A DNA stretch of 64,000 nucleotides, taken from contig JARFYF010000051.1 in the NCBI GenBank assembly GCA_030265395.1, positions 29,766,835 to 29,830,834 on the forward strand. The letters are read 5' to 3'. Both the position numbers and the translations under genes were made by a program. The stretch is from Rhina ancylostomus. Its lineage: Eukaryota. The notes under the pieces are model-generated. The model saw only the letters and a list, made by a program, of their open reading frames with translations, did no database searches and was not told the origin of the DNA. This document shows, one piece after another, positions 36,301-51,300 of the stretch; position 1 is the first letter of the stretch; each line of letters begins with the position of its first letter.

Positions 36301-39300
36301 TGCTAGAATTAAAAAATTCATCCCAAGTTGATAGTATCAATTTTCAAACCTGATTTCTGTATTAAAATAGAATACTTAGATCGCTTTACCTGGGCTGGTT
36401 GTTGAAGAAACTGTTGTTGGTGATGATGTGGTGAATATTGTTGTTGATGCAGCAGTTGTGGTAGTTACGGCTGTTGTAATAAATATACACAGAATAAAAC
36501 TGGAGTCCTAATCTATTTATAATGTTTTCTAAAATAATAACTAGACATAAATTAGTTATTAATAATAATGGCACAAAAACCCAAGAATTACAGTGTGAAT
36601 ACTGTTTATCCCTTACTGTTTTACATAGATTTCTTTTCAAAAATTGATTGAGAAACAGAGAACCAAAATAAAGGTCTAAGAACTCAGTGGAAATAACACT
36701 GGTGTAATTAACTCACTTGTATTTTCCTTTTCCTGCAGATTTAATTGGTAGCTTCATTTGGAAGTTAAGAACATGTACAATATTTTCGAAACATTTAAGT
36801 CAATTGCCAATACCATTAATCTTGCATTGTTAGCAAGATAAATATTCTGCTGTAATGAAGTATGATAATTCATTGCATAATTTCATTATGTCATCAAGTG
36901 AATGCTGAACAAAGTTACTTACATTGGCACGACGTGACTCCTTCTTTGCACATACTGTAAATTAAATAAGATTTTAAAACAATAAATGATTCTAAAGTGA
37001 TTCTTACATTAACCATTTGCAAAATGATGGGCAACAAATGGATATTGAGCTGCTAGAAGAATGGGAAAGTAAGTTCAAACTCTGAAATCACTGCCAAAGT
37101 CTTTGAAATTGGAAGTAAATGTCTGTGGGTAAACTTGTGGATTAACTTCCAGATGACAAGGAATTTGGGGATGAATGGGGTCAACTGCCTATTCTGAGAT
37201 GAAGGATAGAAGGAACACAAGTAAGATCTTTGAAGGAATAGAAAATTAACAGATTTGGGAGGAAGAGTAAGGATCTTGAAGTCATTTTGGGCAGAGGGCA
37301 AGAATTGTTAATGAGTCTATGCTTATTAACAATTAATTACAGGCTGCATTTTATGTTTTAATGATTAAAATATCTATTTTACAAGCAAGTGCATCAATAT
37401 AAATTGAAAAAAGTTGCATTTTAATTCATTGTTTTAGAGTACAAAAATTCAGCTAACTTTGGTAAATGTCAAATAGAAACATTTTTAGTTTAAACTGGCT
37501 TATTAGTAATTTATAAGAAAAGCTTTCACATATTTAAAAGGTAACAAAACTCAGCATTCTAAGGAAAATATGTTACAGCATTAATAAGAGAATAGTTAAA
37601 TATGTAAAAGATTCAAGACCCATTTTTGTGACATAATTTTTGCTTTCATCACAAGAATAGTAATAAAAGAAACAATGTGATACTTTACCATTCTTCACAA
37701 TCATTCATTGTTGTTTCACCAGGTTGCAATATTCTTCCATCATAATAGCATGTGCACTGAGATAAATTCACACACTTCATAGTATTTTCATCCAAATAAG
37801 GAGCACTCTCTGGGCATTTGGCATAGCAACCTTTAACATTGAAAAGTAAAAGTCACCATGAAGATAAACAGGAACTCCATGAATGCTGGATATTTTAAGT
37901 AAATACAGAAAACATGAATCAGATTTATCAGCACCAAAATTCAGATTTAAATTCACATAATTGAAGCCCTTCAATTAAAACAAAACACTTTGATCTCAGA
38001 AAGATTTTGCAATAGCTGGAGCATAATTGGTAAATTCTAAAGCAAGCTTTTGCTATTTGTTGATTTTGCTTTCTGTGTGTTGACGGATTGCAAAAATCAG
38101 AAATTGTCCCCTTTTATAATAACATAAAAAGTCATAGCCCACCTCTCCCTTTGAGTCTACTCTGTCTTTCATTGAAATCATGTCTGATCTTCTACTTCAC
38201 TGCTATTTTCCAGCTCTGTCATTATATCACATGATTTTCTTCATGTCTAGAAATCTGTCAATCTCTGTATTGAATGAACACAGTTGAGCATCCACCACTC
38301 TTTTGGAAGAGAATTCCAATGGTTCAGTGCTTTCTGAATGACAACAGTTTTCCTCCTCTCAGTCCTAAATGGCATACTTCTTATTCTCAAACTGTGCCTC
38401 CTGGTCCTAGATGTTTCACTTCAGGGAAACATCCTGCCTGCATCCAGCCTGTACAAACTATGTAACCATATTTTTTAAGTTTCAATGCGATGTTCCATTC
38501 TTCTAAGTTCAAGAGAATACAGTCCCAGTCAACTCAGTCTCTCCTGATACAACAAACTTGCCATCCCCTGGACTAGTGATTTTTCTGCAGCCCCAACCAC
38601 ACACCCCCAACCCCACCCCCATGGCAAGTACATCATTCCTTAGGTAGGAAATCAAAACTGCACATCATATTCCAGCTGTGGACTCACCAAGGTTCTATAC
38701 AATTACAGTAAGACTTCCTTACTCCTGTAATCAAACTCCCTCACTATAACAACTAATATACCACTTGCCCTCAAAATGTTTGCTGCATCTATATGGTGGC
38801 TTTCAGTGACTTATGTACAACCACATAACCTTTGAACATCAGCATGACCTCTGTCACCATTTACCAAATGCGCTGTTTTCTGATTTGTTCACTAAAGTGA
38901 ATTACCTCAAATTTTTACACATTATATTCCATTTTACCCACTCATTCAGCTTATTCATATCTCCCTGAAGCCTCATCACACCTTGCTCTGTATTTGTAAT
39001 CCTACCTGGCTTGGTAACATCAGCAAACTTGGAAATATGTTATTTAGTCTGCTCAGCCAAATCAGGATAGAGATGGTCTAAACACCAGGTACCTGCTCTC
39101 CCCCCTCTAGTCATAGCCTGTCAACCTGAGAAGGATTTGTTTATTCCCACTTTTGTTTTCTGTCCGATAACCAGATTCAATACATCCCAGTGTATTACCA
39201 TTGATTCAAGTGCTCATGTAGTCTAATCCCATTGGCCAGCCTCTGGGTGGCACTTTCTCAAAAGTCTTATTAAGGCCATCCACTGGTCTCCCATCATCTA

Positions 39301-42300
39301 TTCTATGAATCACTAATTATTATTTTACTTATGCGTCATTGATTGTTACAAATCTTCATCAAAAAGTACACCTGTTTCAAAGATAATTAATTAATGTTAT
39401 GTATCAGAAACAGTCTGATACTTAAAAATGTGATTTAAGAAATCTTGGAGTATTTGAATATAATCTAAACAACACCTTCAAGAACTGCTGAATACTTCTT
39501 CCCAACGAAGTGGCCTGAGCATGTTCTTGTTGTTATGGTTCCACATGGCTGATAGTGCCAACTGCATTCACCAGGAGTGTTGTAATAGTCACAGTACACA
39601 GCTGTAATATGAAACAGAATGTTCAATTGTGATGTTTAGTTACTTACTTCCAAAAATAAACATAGTTTGAATCTACTTAAACAAATTGATTTTTAACCTG
39701 GACTGTTGGACTCCACTGGGGCAGAGTTTAAATCCTAACATTCACTGACACTCAGATTGTTACACCCCGCAAGTTATTATTCCAGTTAATAAGTGGTACT
39801 GAGGTAGGCAAAAGAAATACAATCTTCTCCCCTACAAACTATCCCCTGCTTCATAATGTTGACCAGCAGCAAAACTGATAGCTGTGATGATACCTGCATT
39901 CACTCCCAATGCTCAGGGACTTAAAAACGATGGAAACTGGATGGTGGCAGCACATCCAGACTGTAAATGAATATCTACAGATGTCCCGAATAAAGCAATT
40001 AGATGAGGATGTCAAATAAAGTGAATACTTCAGATTACCTGTGGATTATCATAGAGGTCGGATACTGTTCTGAGAGAGGTACTGAGTGTATTTTACTTGG
40101 TGAATTGAACTTTAAAAGTATGCTGCAGTGCTGATTTGCCTTTCTTGAGAAGAAAAAGAGTCATGCAGATACTGATCATCATGAGGCTGGAGGTGACTGA
40201 TCATTCAATGTACAAACAATTGCCCATGAGTACCTTCCAAACGATGTTCAAAAAGAGGATAGGGGATCTTAGTGCCATGGTCATACAACACAGTATTGGG
40301 TCTTCTGCCCACTATGTCCAAACCAGCCATCCATTACCATTTACACAAATCCCATTGTTTTTATTCTGTTCACATTCCCGTCAACTCCCCCATGGCAACC
40401 ATTTATTTAAATATCTGGGACAATATAGAGTTGCTTATTAACCTGCCAGCCCCTCACATCCTTATGATGTGGGAGAAAACCAGAGGAAACCTAGTGGTCA
40501 CAGGGAGAACATGCAAACTCCACACAGACAGCATTGGAGGTCAGGAATGAACCCAGGTTGCTGGAGCTGTGATGTAGCAGCTCTCCCAGCTGTGAAAGAA
40601 AAGATGGGAATAAAGATGTTTCTTTATTTGCTTGCTGTCATTGCAAAGTTGACTCAAGGCAACAACAGTGAGCACCAAATTAAAACAGTCACGTTATCTG
40701 TTGGCCAGAGAGTTAAATAAGTAGAAGCTAATCAAGTTGAGTTGGGGAACACTTAGATCTTAATTGTTGTCTGCAAAAAATAAAGAAGTTTAAACTTACG
40801 ACAAAGTTCAGGGGTTCTCCAGCGAATACAAACATCAGCCTTGTTACAAGCCTCTGCGTACACAGCAACAGCAGTGCAGAAACCAAGATATTTTCCTTCC
40901 ATATCACAGGCACAAGCTTCTTGGACACAAGCATCATAAAATGGAATTGGATCAACCTGATAAAGTGCCAGTGTATCAGAAATCATTGGTGCATTTTAGA
41001 GAAGTTTTATATCTGAAATTTATTTTGTATCTTACCCTTTTGTGGCATGCTTGAAAGACTGGGCTATTAATCAAGTTACACCTCTTCTGAGCCCATGCTA
41101 AACAATAAGGATTGTTATCACATGGAAATGTTTGATTTACTGTGTTAGAGCAACGCTGCATGGACTTCCAACTGTTCCCAAATTCCACAAAGCTGGTCAC
41201 CAAGGAGTTCCCTTTTGTTGTTAAGTCATCTTGAAGGTCATCGTTGAAATTTCCACAAAGGCCACAAACTTTATTCTTTAGTGTGCAAGAGAAACAAAGT
41301 AATGGTAATAATGGTTACTATTCTAAAATCATAATTCCTGTTTTATACTTTTTTCCAAGGTAGCCCAAAATCAAACCCACAGAATTGATTGATAAAGTAC
41401 CTTGAGATGTGTTAAAGTTGGGTAATGCACTACATATGTGAATTTATCAGTTTTTTTCTTCAATTGTTTTTCTCATCCTCTCTTTCTACACTGAAACATG
41501 ACCTTCTGCACATCTTCCAGTGACTTTCCCCAACCATAAAGTACTTGGGTGTTCCAAAAACTACCAAAACCTCAAAGCAGATGGAATATCAAAAAGTTCT
41601 TGCATTAGTACAATATTGCCTGTGCCTCAAAGAGTATCCTATTATCTATTAATGGCTTTGCAGAATTGTAAAGTTGTGAACAGTCCTAACTAAATACAAA
41701 TTATTTTTTCTTTCTGTTACAGAATCAACAACTACTTAGAATTAAATAACCCATTGATTGGTATGGTAAAATCTCTGGGTATTATCAAGAAACAACTAAA
41801 TCCTTTCTTGAGAGGACCACAGCATAGTTCTGGATGGATGTATTACACTATAGTTTGAATGGCCCTCCTCATAAATATAATGTGAGAACTTTTATGCAGG
41901 TTGTTTCATTCAAAGTCTAAACAAAGATATTTAAAATAGAAGTAAAAGTGCAAATAAATTTAAAATGGAGAATGATTTGAGTCTGATTTATTTATTCTTA
42001 AAAAAGCCTGGTATTCAGCTTACTTCCTCATCATCTTATGTACAAACTCTGCAGAAATTACTGTTATTGTTTCTTGCTCATTTTAGGGCATCCTTACACT
42101 GTTCACATCATAATTTATAATTGATATTTGTACAGGAAGGTATGCCTGTGACCATGTAGTGGAGACGCCTGCCAATTGATAATAGATGACAGCACAGGGA
42201 TATGTTTCTGAAATTGTCCTTCTGGTTTCCTTGTTTACAGGAAAATAATTTATTTGATTGTTTGAAATAATTGATTGGAAGGCAGGTGCTATAAGGAGAG

Positions 42301-45300
42301 GTTGGGCAAACTTGGGTTGTTTTCTCTGGAGTGGCAGAGGCTAAGGGGAGATCAGATAGAAGTTTACAAAATTATGAAAGGCATTGATAGAGAAGACAAC
42401 TGGTATCTTTTTCCCAAGGTCAAAATATTTAATACTGGAGGGCATGCATTTAAGGTGAGAGTTCAGATGTGTGGGGCAAGTTTTTTTTACACAGATGGTG
42501 GTTGGTACCTGGAATGGGCTGTCATGCGTGATGGTGGAGCAGATACGACAGAGGTATTTAAGAGGCTCTTAGATAGGAGCATGAATATACAGTGAATGGA
42601 GAGATATGGATCATGTGCAGGCAGAAGGTATTAGTTTAATTAGACATCATTGGCTTAATTAGTTCGGCACAATATTATGGGCCAAAGGGCCTGTTCCTGT
42701 GCTGTATTGTTCTATGTTAATTTAAACATTACATATCTAATATCCCTTTTGTGACTTTGGGTACCTATAAATAAAGAACCTCTCTTTACTTTCCCACACT
42801 GCTGCTTCTGGGATCTTGGTATTAGGCCAGGCTCTTGAGCTGCCCTTGAACTGACGGAGTTTTCCCAGCCTCACCCCAGCAGTTTTCACACTGCTCAATC
42901 TCACTTTAGCAAGTCCCAACCTTACTCATTAAATGTGTTGTAATAACATGTTTTACCTTTACTGTCAGCCTCTAACCCAATTCTGGTTTCCACTTTTAAT
43001 TTCAGACAGCCTTCCTTTGATCGTGGAATTATTTCTATCCCCACCCATAAGTATAAATCATTAAGTATTAACATTACCAACTTTTCTGCTTATTTTTCAA
43101 TATTGTCTCACATATACGTGGAAAAATGTTGTCCAGCACCAAGTAAAAAATGATATGATGCTACTCTTTATTTCATTAAATAGATGAAAACCTATGCAAT
43201 CTACTTCACTGTTATTATGGATTCTGTCCTGGTCAATCCAGGACCCATATTCTACCAAACTCTGCAGATTGTTCTCCTTTCCTTAACCTCCTTCAATGTA
43301 TTCTGTGAATTTTGGATTTTATTTATTTTATATATATTTAAAACTAAACATTTTTGCTTCTTAATGAATCAAGCATCTTAGTAAACCTTAATTTACAAAC
43401 CCTACTCACCTTCCATTTTGGGTCCAGTGTGATTGAAAATCTTGTACGTTTGTCCCATATTACAGTGATTCCATTGGAAAATGTCAGGACTAAGTAGAGT
43501 CCAACTGTGTGAATTGTATATGAATTATCTATGCACTGGTTTTGGCCAAGAGACACTTCACTTACTCCACTTCCTCTCAATAGAATTAGTTCTTTACCCT
43601 GGAAGAATACACTTATAAATAAATCAGTTTTTAACATGCTGAATAATTTCAGATTAGGCATTGCGAGAATATACTAACATAACAGATAGTTCCTCTTAAT
43701 TGGTATAAATCAAAACACATACCTCAAACAAGATTCTAATATTTCTTGAACATGTCACTCCATTTTCACAACAGGGAACACTCTCTGTCAGTATTTGGAA
43801 TGTGCCAATCTCTCGTAGACATTGATCCTGAGATGAAAATAACTTGAATGAATTTATGCAGTGGAATTTCAACACATTATTTGACATAGCACTACCAGTT
43901 CAGTAATTCAAGTATAATTTCTATTTGGTAATGAGGAACACTTCCATAAAATTGTTCCTAAGAAAATATAATACACAGGAGGGGAAAAAGGCAAGGTCAT
44001 ATTAAGAACTCATGGATCCCTGAGCACTAAGTGGCAGTCAACACCTTCAAAGTCCCAAAAATGGTGTGCTGAAGAACTATTCAGACTTCAAAAGATTGGG
44101 AGATGTAATCTGATTGACATATTCTGTTTCACCTGCCTGTCCCATTTACATCCTAGGCACAGTTTGGTGGCATGTCAGTAGATATACCTAAATNNNNNNN
44201 NNNNNNNNNNNNNNNNNNNNNNNNNNNNNNNNNNNNNNNNNNNNNNNNNNNNNNNNNNNNNNNNNNNNNNNNNNNNNNNNNNNNNNNNNNNNNATACCTA
44301 AATGAGACTACAACACTATGATTCTGACCATACTTCAAAAAAACAAATGGATTCTTAGGTTCTTTAAAATATGTGTCTCATAAAAATGCAACATGGAAGA
44401 GATTTATAATTACACTCAAAAGCATTTCTGCTAATACAAATATCACTAAGTAACTCAGAGTCTAAGCCAATTCCTACTTTTAAACATACATTCCGATGGT
44501 TCACTGCATGATTATGGCCTCATATGTAATAATTTCAAAGTATAAAATGCTATTATTTTTATGGTGATGAACAAGTGAATGAATGAGCATGATCAGCTGC
44601 ACTGATAACATTGCTTCCACTCTTCCAACAGCCATCAGTAGTGAGAATGAAACAAAGGTCAACCTCATGAAATTGAGAAACAGCTGTTGCGACTTCCCAT
44701 TGTACATGAACAATTCGATTTTTAAAGAACATTTTGAGTAAGTATTTCAATTGAATATTTTAAATGCTTATTAACAATCACTATTTCAAATAAAAATGAA
44801 CTTCGGTATTTCTTTATGACCTTCTAAGTAATGTAGGGATTTTGGAAATGTGACTGTATATGTATAATTTGTGACACACTTGATCTAATTCAAATAATTT
44901 CAATCCCTGCCCTCCATGAAATGATAATTTGTTTAGTGTCTCACAAGGGCAACACCCACTTACTGTACATTATTGGGCATTTGAAGGTCTAGCTCCATCA
45001 TTATCAATTTTTCCTTTATTTCAAGCTGATAAAATAATCACTGTTTCAACCATAAAGCCTCAATTGTATAGCATCAGTAAATTACCAAAATACCGGCAAC
45101 CTTTTCAGAGATTTTTTTCAGAATGATGCAGATCTGAGGAATAACCAAATACATCTACAACTAAACAAAGAGTTGCCAGTGGAAACAGCCATGCTAAATG
45201 TGACACCCTATAACTTACCTCAACAAAGATATATTCACAATTGCCATCAAAGCTGTATCGTTTTCCATCAAATGTTATGTAGTGTCCATCTCCATAAACG

Positions 45301-48300
45301 AGGCAGGTCTTTGGACATGGATCATCAGTGCATTCCCATTGTCCACCATTGCATGTGCTATAATATAGAGTGCAGAGTTATATCATCCTGCAATTCTATG
45401 CCATTTGTGTTATTTTGTGGTATTATTCCTCTTAATAATTGTTCTAGCTCACCATTTATTGCAATCAATTTTGATTGTTCCTCCAGGACCAAAGGTTTCA
45501 CCTTCAAATCGACATGGACACTGGGATGGTGCAATGCATCTTCCACTGGAATCCTCCACCAAACCATCAGGGCAGATACAGCCAGCGACACATGGGTCTG
45601 GCTTTATAAAGGAGAGACATTTTATCATTTGGCAGAACTGGCAATATATCTTACCAATGGATGGCATGTACAGGTAATCATCACATATTAAGTATTTTGC
45701 AGTAGTTCTCCATTATTAGCTATGTAGTTACCTTTAGACTATGATATCATGTAACCACACTCTTTGTTGTTGTTTGGTTATAACTTGTATTAGAAACCAC
45801 AGTGTAGACTTCTAAATGGGTTCCTTGATTCATTATATAGTTGATCATATTGAACAGCATTGTCTGAAAGTATTGTTCAATCTATAAAATAGAATACTGA
45901 TCCCCAAAGTCATATTGGTTCATTTCACTTACACATGGTTTGTTTAGAGTTTCGCATGTCCTCTTACATAAACTGGCATTGGTACAGTCCGAAAATTGTT
46001 TATCTTGGCAATCTGAGGAAAAGCAAGTTTTTTATAGTTAATTGTCATTGTGATGAGAAATTTAAATTTTGTACCTAAATATTTGGTATTGGAATTGGTA
46101 TTGGTTTATTATTGTCATTTATACCGAGGTACGGTGAAAAATGTGTCTTGAATACAGTTTGTACAGATCAGAGTTTGGAAAATGAATTACCATGTGAAGT
46201 GAGCAGGCTGTTATATCCAGGGCAGGAAGGAACTCCATTGTCACAGAAACTGTGAAAAAATTACATGTTATCACTTTGTCGGCAATTCATTATCTGATTC
46301 AAATTGTGCAGAGTGAAACAAAAATACTCACCAAGTCATTCCATTAAATGTAAGAGCCTGACCTCCTTGTATAATCAATCCATTAACATAACAAGGGCAT
46401 TCTGATTTGGTCACGCATGTTGCTTTGTCATTCATGTACATTCCCTCAGGGCAGCCACAACCAGTAACTGGAACGTCTTGAAACTCACATGTGAAATCAG
46501 GCTTTGACAGAAATTCACAGGTACGATTACAGGCTCTCATATTGTAGTGGTAAACTTGTGTGCTGGGGCAAGTTATTGCTTAAAAAAAAGAACTCTATGT
46601 CAGCATTTGATTTTAGCTATATATAAATATCGTAGAATGCTAGTGTGTGCATGACTAATAAAGTTAGATTTTTAAAGACTGGTAAAGATACAACCAAATT
46701 ATTTTATTCTCTGCAGACTTGACCATATTTTTTAGACTGTAGGGTAGCCATATTGATTATATTTCAGTGACTGCACTTTGTTCTTGCCCTTTCTTTTAAT
46801 AAATTAAAATGGATAAAATCATAGGTAATGAACGAACCAGCTTTTTGAACAATATTGCATTGTCCAGTCACTTTCATAAGAGTAAAATTTCATTAATGGT
46901 ATTTAACAATTAACAACAAAGAAAGATTGTTCACTATTCATATGAAATTTTTCTATTCAGTATTTTCATAGTCAATTCCTACAAGCCATCCAAATTGCAT
47001 CAACTTTTCATTTGATTATTTAAACAACAGTGACTACAACTTCCTATTGATCAGATAAGTAAATGGCTTTCTCCTATTCTGATGCACAGTTTTTCTTGCT
47101 GTTAATTGTTTCATAAGAATAACTTTGCATTGACCTTAATGCATAGTTTGCACTAGTATTCTGTGCTTTGAAAATTTGAAATACATGGGGATAAATAAGC
47201 AACTTATCTTAAAGTAGTTCTGTTTGTTAAAATATTGTTAGAGAAAGCTTGAGAAATCTTTTGATGCAAATAGATAAGTGTATTACACTCATTGGAATTA
47301 TTCATCATTGAATGAATTGAAGTGTGTATTTTTAAAGAAGTCCACAGTACAGCAGAAAGTGAAGATTGATAAAGAAATCTTATGGATCTTATGGACCTGA
47401 TATGTCAGGATATAGCATTCAAAGGATATGTCTTGCAAATTTTAAGAGATGCTGGATCATATCTGAGATATTTGTCTTGCCTTAATATATTCTACTTCAA
47501 AAGTGGAATCATGTTATTGACGAGAGCTCAATAGAAAATAACATTTTTAAGAAAATGGACTGTGTTATTTAGAGCCACCAGGGAATTTCCCCTAACAAAT
47601 GATTAAGGGCAGACTTGATGGAAGCATTAATGCATTCAGGGCTTTAATATATTAAAGGTAACTACATTGCTCTTTTAAAAAATTTAGGGGGCAAAGAATT
47701 GAGATAATTATGTTAGATCCCCGACAAGATAGTGAAAAGGAGTCCTCCAAAAGCTAACATTGGCAACAGGAATTTCTGCACTAGTTCAGGCCAGCAAAAT
47801 GTGTTTATTGAATGTACTGTAAATAAAGTTCAATTACTTATACTCTGAAATAAACTTATATGCTATGGACATGTAATTTCATAAACTGTTCCAAAATATT
47901 ATTATAATTGTAAAGGTGAAAAATATGAAATCAAGCCAAAGCTATAAAAGGTTATTTTGCAATGTACCGCTCAGTGTGATAGAAACTAAACATGTATTAT
48001 TCATATTACATTTGAAACAGCCTTTCTCAAAATGCTGTGGATGCTGGGACAATTGGTGCTTTCACCTATAAGTTTAACATATATTTCTTAAGGGTGTCAA
48101 GGGAAATGGAGTAAAGATGAGAAAATGGAGTAGCAGCGTAAGTCAACAATGGTGACATTGAATGGCAGAGAATAGTTTAGCAGATGAATGGTCTGCTCCT
48201 GTTCTTAGTGTTCCTTTTTTTTCTGTAATGTGAAATGTGACCAAAAACTACATACAACAAATTGATCTTCTCCAGTTCATCACGATGATGCCCTTTGCAG

Positions 48301-51300
48301 CACAAGCATGAACATATGCTTCCATTGCAGCACACACGCAGTCATCAATCTTTTCACAGTTACATGAGGCAGCTTTACACATCTAAAAACACAAACATAA
48401 TTTGTTACCATTTTAACTATCTCCCTAATGGATATCACCATGACTTTAAAATCTCTAACCTGAATAAAATATTCTTATTAACATTTTAACATATTTCCAT
48501 AAACTTCATACCCTTTAATTTTTTTCCTGAAATCATTAAAGAAACACAGCTTTATATTTTTGCATAAAATTGTATTGTGATTTATGATAATAGGTAACTT
48601 CTATCAGAATGACAGACAGTGAAAGCTAATTTCCAAACCACAAGAAATGTTTACTTTGTTCCAATGGTAAATATTACGTTAATCCCAATTTAAAATAATA
48701 CATCTTTAAAAATCTGCACAAAGAAGGATAAGGTCCGTATGGATTTGTGTTGAATGAAACCTGTCCTGGATTTGGGATCCTGTCATTGAAACATATTTGC
48801 TTAGAAATTTCACTGTGCACCCCAGATGCACTGGATGTTAATGAGGTGGGACAATGACTCTTAGTTGCCATACCATCAATTGCAAAAAAAAATGTGCTGC
48901 TTGGTCCTTTATTCTCAGAGCCAGGTTTGGGAGATCCATCGTAGGTCCAGTTGGAAATATGGATGGAGTGTAATGGGAAGTACACCTTCGATGTATGTTC
49001 TGCCAATTCACCCCATAAGAGAAGAATAGAGCATTGCTGGTACCATCGCCCAGTCTTCTACACCACAACAGAAGATTACAGCACTGCTGATCCCTTGTAA
49101 CCCCTACCCCAACAAAAGAGCACAGTGCTGCAGAATAGATTGGCTCAGTATTTGGCAGGTTTGAGATCAAGGAGGTTGAACACAGCATCAGAAGTGGAGA
49201 AATCAAGAGCAGCATCAGGAGAGGAAGATTGGAAATAACACTGGGAGATGAAAATTGGAAACAGCACTCGGAGTGGGAGTTTTGGCAAGGGAAATTATGA
49301 ACCCCATGTGAGGAGGGGGATCAGGAGCAGAACTGGGAGAGGGGTATCAGTGGCAGCATCAGGAAAAGGACTTGGAGAACTGCATTGGAAGAGAGGAATG
49401 GGGAAAGAGAAATGAGAGCAGCATTAGGACAGGGTGATGGGGAGCAGCATTAGAAGGAGGAAATTGGGAGTAGCATCGGGATAAGGGAATGGGGAGCAAC
49501 ATTGGGTGATGAACAGAGAGCAGCATTGGGAAAGGAGGAAGGGTTGCTTCATTGGTATGGATAGAACCAGTGAGAGAATGCAGAGCAGCATCTCAGTGGA
49601 GAGCATCATCTGGAGAGGCTAATGAAGAATAGCATCAGGAAAAGGGGATGGGAGCAGCATTAGGATAGAGAGTCGCTTCAGGATAGAGATATGGGCAGCA
49701 TGACCACAAGAGGGGCACTGTGAACAGCATCAGGAGAGAGGATTAGGGAGCAGTATCAGGAGAGTGGGATAGGGAGATGCTTTATGAAAGGGGCATAGGG
49801 AGTTGTTTTAGGAAAGGGGGATAGGGAGCAGCTTTAGGAAAAGGCGATGGGAAATAGTCTCAGTAGAGAGGAAAACAGGGGCATAATATCAGGTAAATTG
49901 GCATCAAGGTTGATTGGGGGTGAGGCCACAATCAAGATGTGCGGCTGTCAGTAACAGCTGCAAAAGAACCCTGCAGTTGTGTGGTCTTAGATTGGTGGGT
50001 TGGGGGCAGGCAGGACACCATCTCATGCATCCCTGACGTGAAAATTAGGTCAGAGTCGAAAGAGTGACTCATAACAGGAAGTGCTGTGCCAGATTTCCTA
50101 CTTTGGATTGGATCAATTTTCAATTGAATTGTGCTGAAAGAAACCAAAATGGTACAACCCAATTTCGAGACAAACAGCTGTGCTTCATTTCTGTGCAGCT
50201 TTGGGCTGGTTAATTTGATAATATGTTTTCATTTGCAAAAGTTCAAGCAAAATTCTGCCTTACTTCATAATACTTCTGAAACTCCACTGTAGAATGGCAC
50301 TTGGAAAAAGCCCCTGTTGGGTCTTTTATATACGCACATTGTTCTCTGGCATAATTTTCTGTAAGACAGATGTAAGATATGGTTATATCAAATGTGAAGA
50401 GATCAGAACTGTATTGAATTACTCTGATCAGTACAGTGACTAATGATGACTGTGTGTATCTGGGTTTGCCAAACAAGATGAACACCAGCGTCTGGCACAC
50501 TAGTTTTATTATCCCTTCCCACTCTTTAATCAAATGGTACATTGTTGAATTTTGTCCTTGCATAAAGAATATTAAATTTGGTACTCAAGAAGTTAAAATC
50601 ACATTGCACTTTATAAGCACCCATTTAATTCAGCAACCAGTAGAGTTCTATTTCTAATATAACAATTGTGCTTAAGATATTACGAAACCACAAGTATATT
50701 TTGGCAAGATTCACATAAGTTAGAATTGTTGAAAGTCATGACTATTTGAAGACTATTAGGGCTTGGGTAACTTTTATTGTCACCCAAATGAGCTAATTTC
50801 TTACACAGAGTTTGGACAGACAAAGGGAAGCCTGGACAAGTCATAACAGAAAAGTTCAACTTTAAAATACATGCAAGGAACTCTCTTCAACCAGAGCCAG
50901 ACAATTCTACAAACAGCAATGTCAGTCAGGCCTATATCAGTATTGTACTTTTTTTAGTTAATTGAATTGAATATTGGACTGGAAATTCTGTTTGCACACC
51001 TGTGCTTAAGTAGGGATGTAACTGCATTTTTCATCAGTAGTCTCATNNNNNNNNNNNNNNNNNNNNNNNNNNNNNNNNNNNNNNNNNNNNNNNNNNNNNN
51101 NNNNNNNNNNNNNNNNNNNNNNNNNNNNNNNNNNNNNNNNNNNNNNNNNNNNNNNNNNNNNNNNNNNNNNNNNNNNNNNNNNNNNNNNNNNNNNNNNNNN
51201 NNNNNNNNNNNNNNNNNNNNNNNNNNNNNNNNNNNNNNNNNNNNNNNNNNNNNNNNNNNNNNNNNNNNNNNNNNNNNNNNNNNNNNNNNNNNNNNNNNNN

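Noticed and set aside
36247-36302. Possible exon [19 protein letters not shown] running into an N gap
   Set aside because: Not PTS-like and no phase-compatible donor is visible. If the gap is closed on its duplicated flanks the frame hits a stop. Unresolved.
45173-45691. 172-aa plus-strand ORF
   Set aside because: Antisense shadow of two mucin exons; no recognisable motif.
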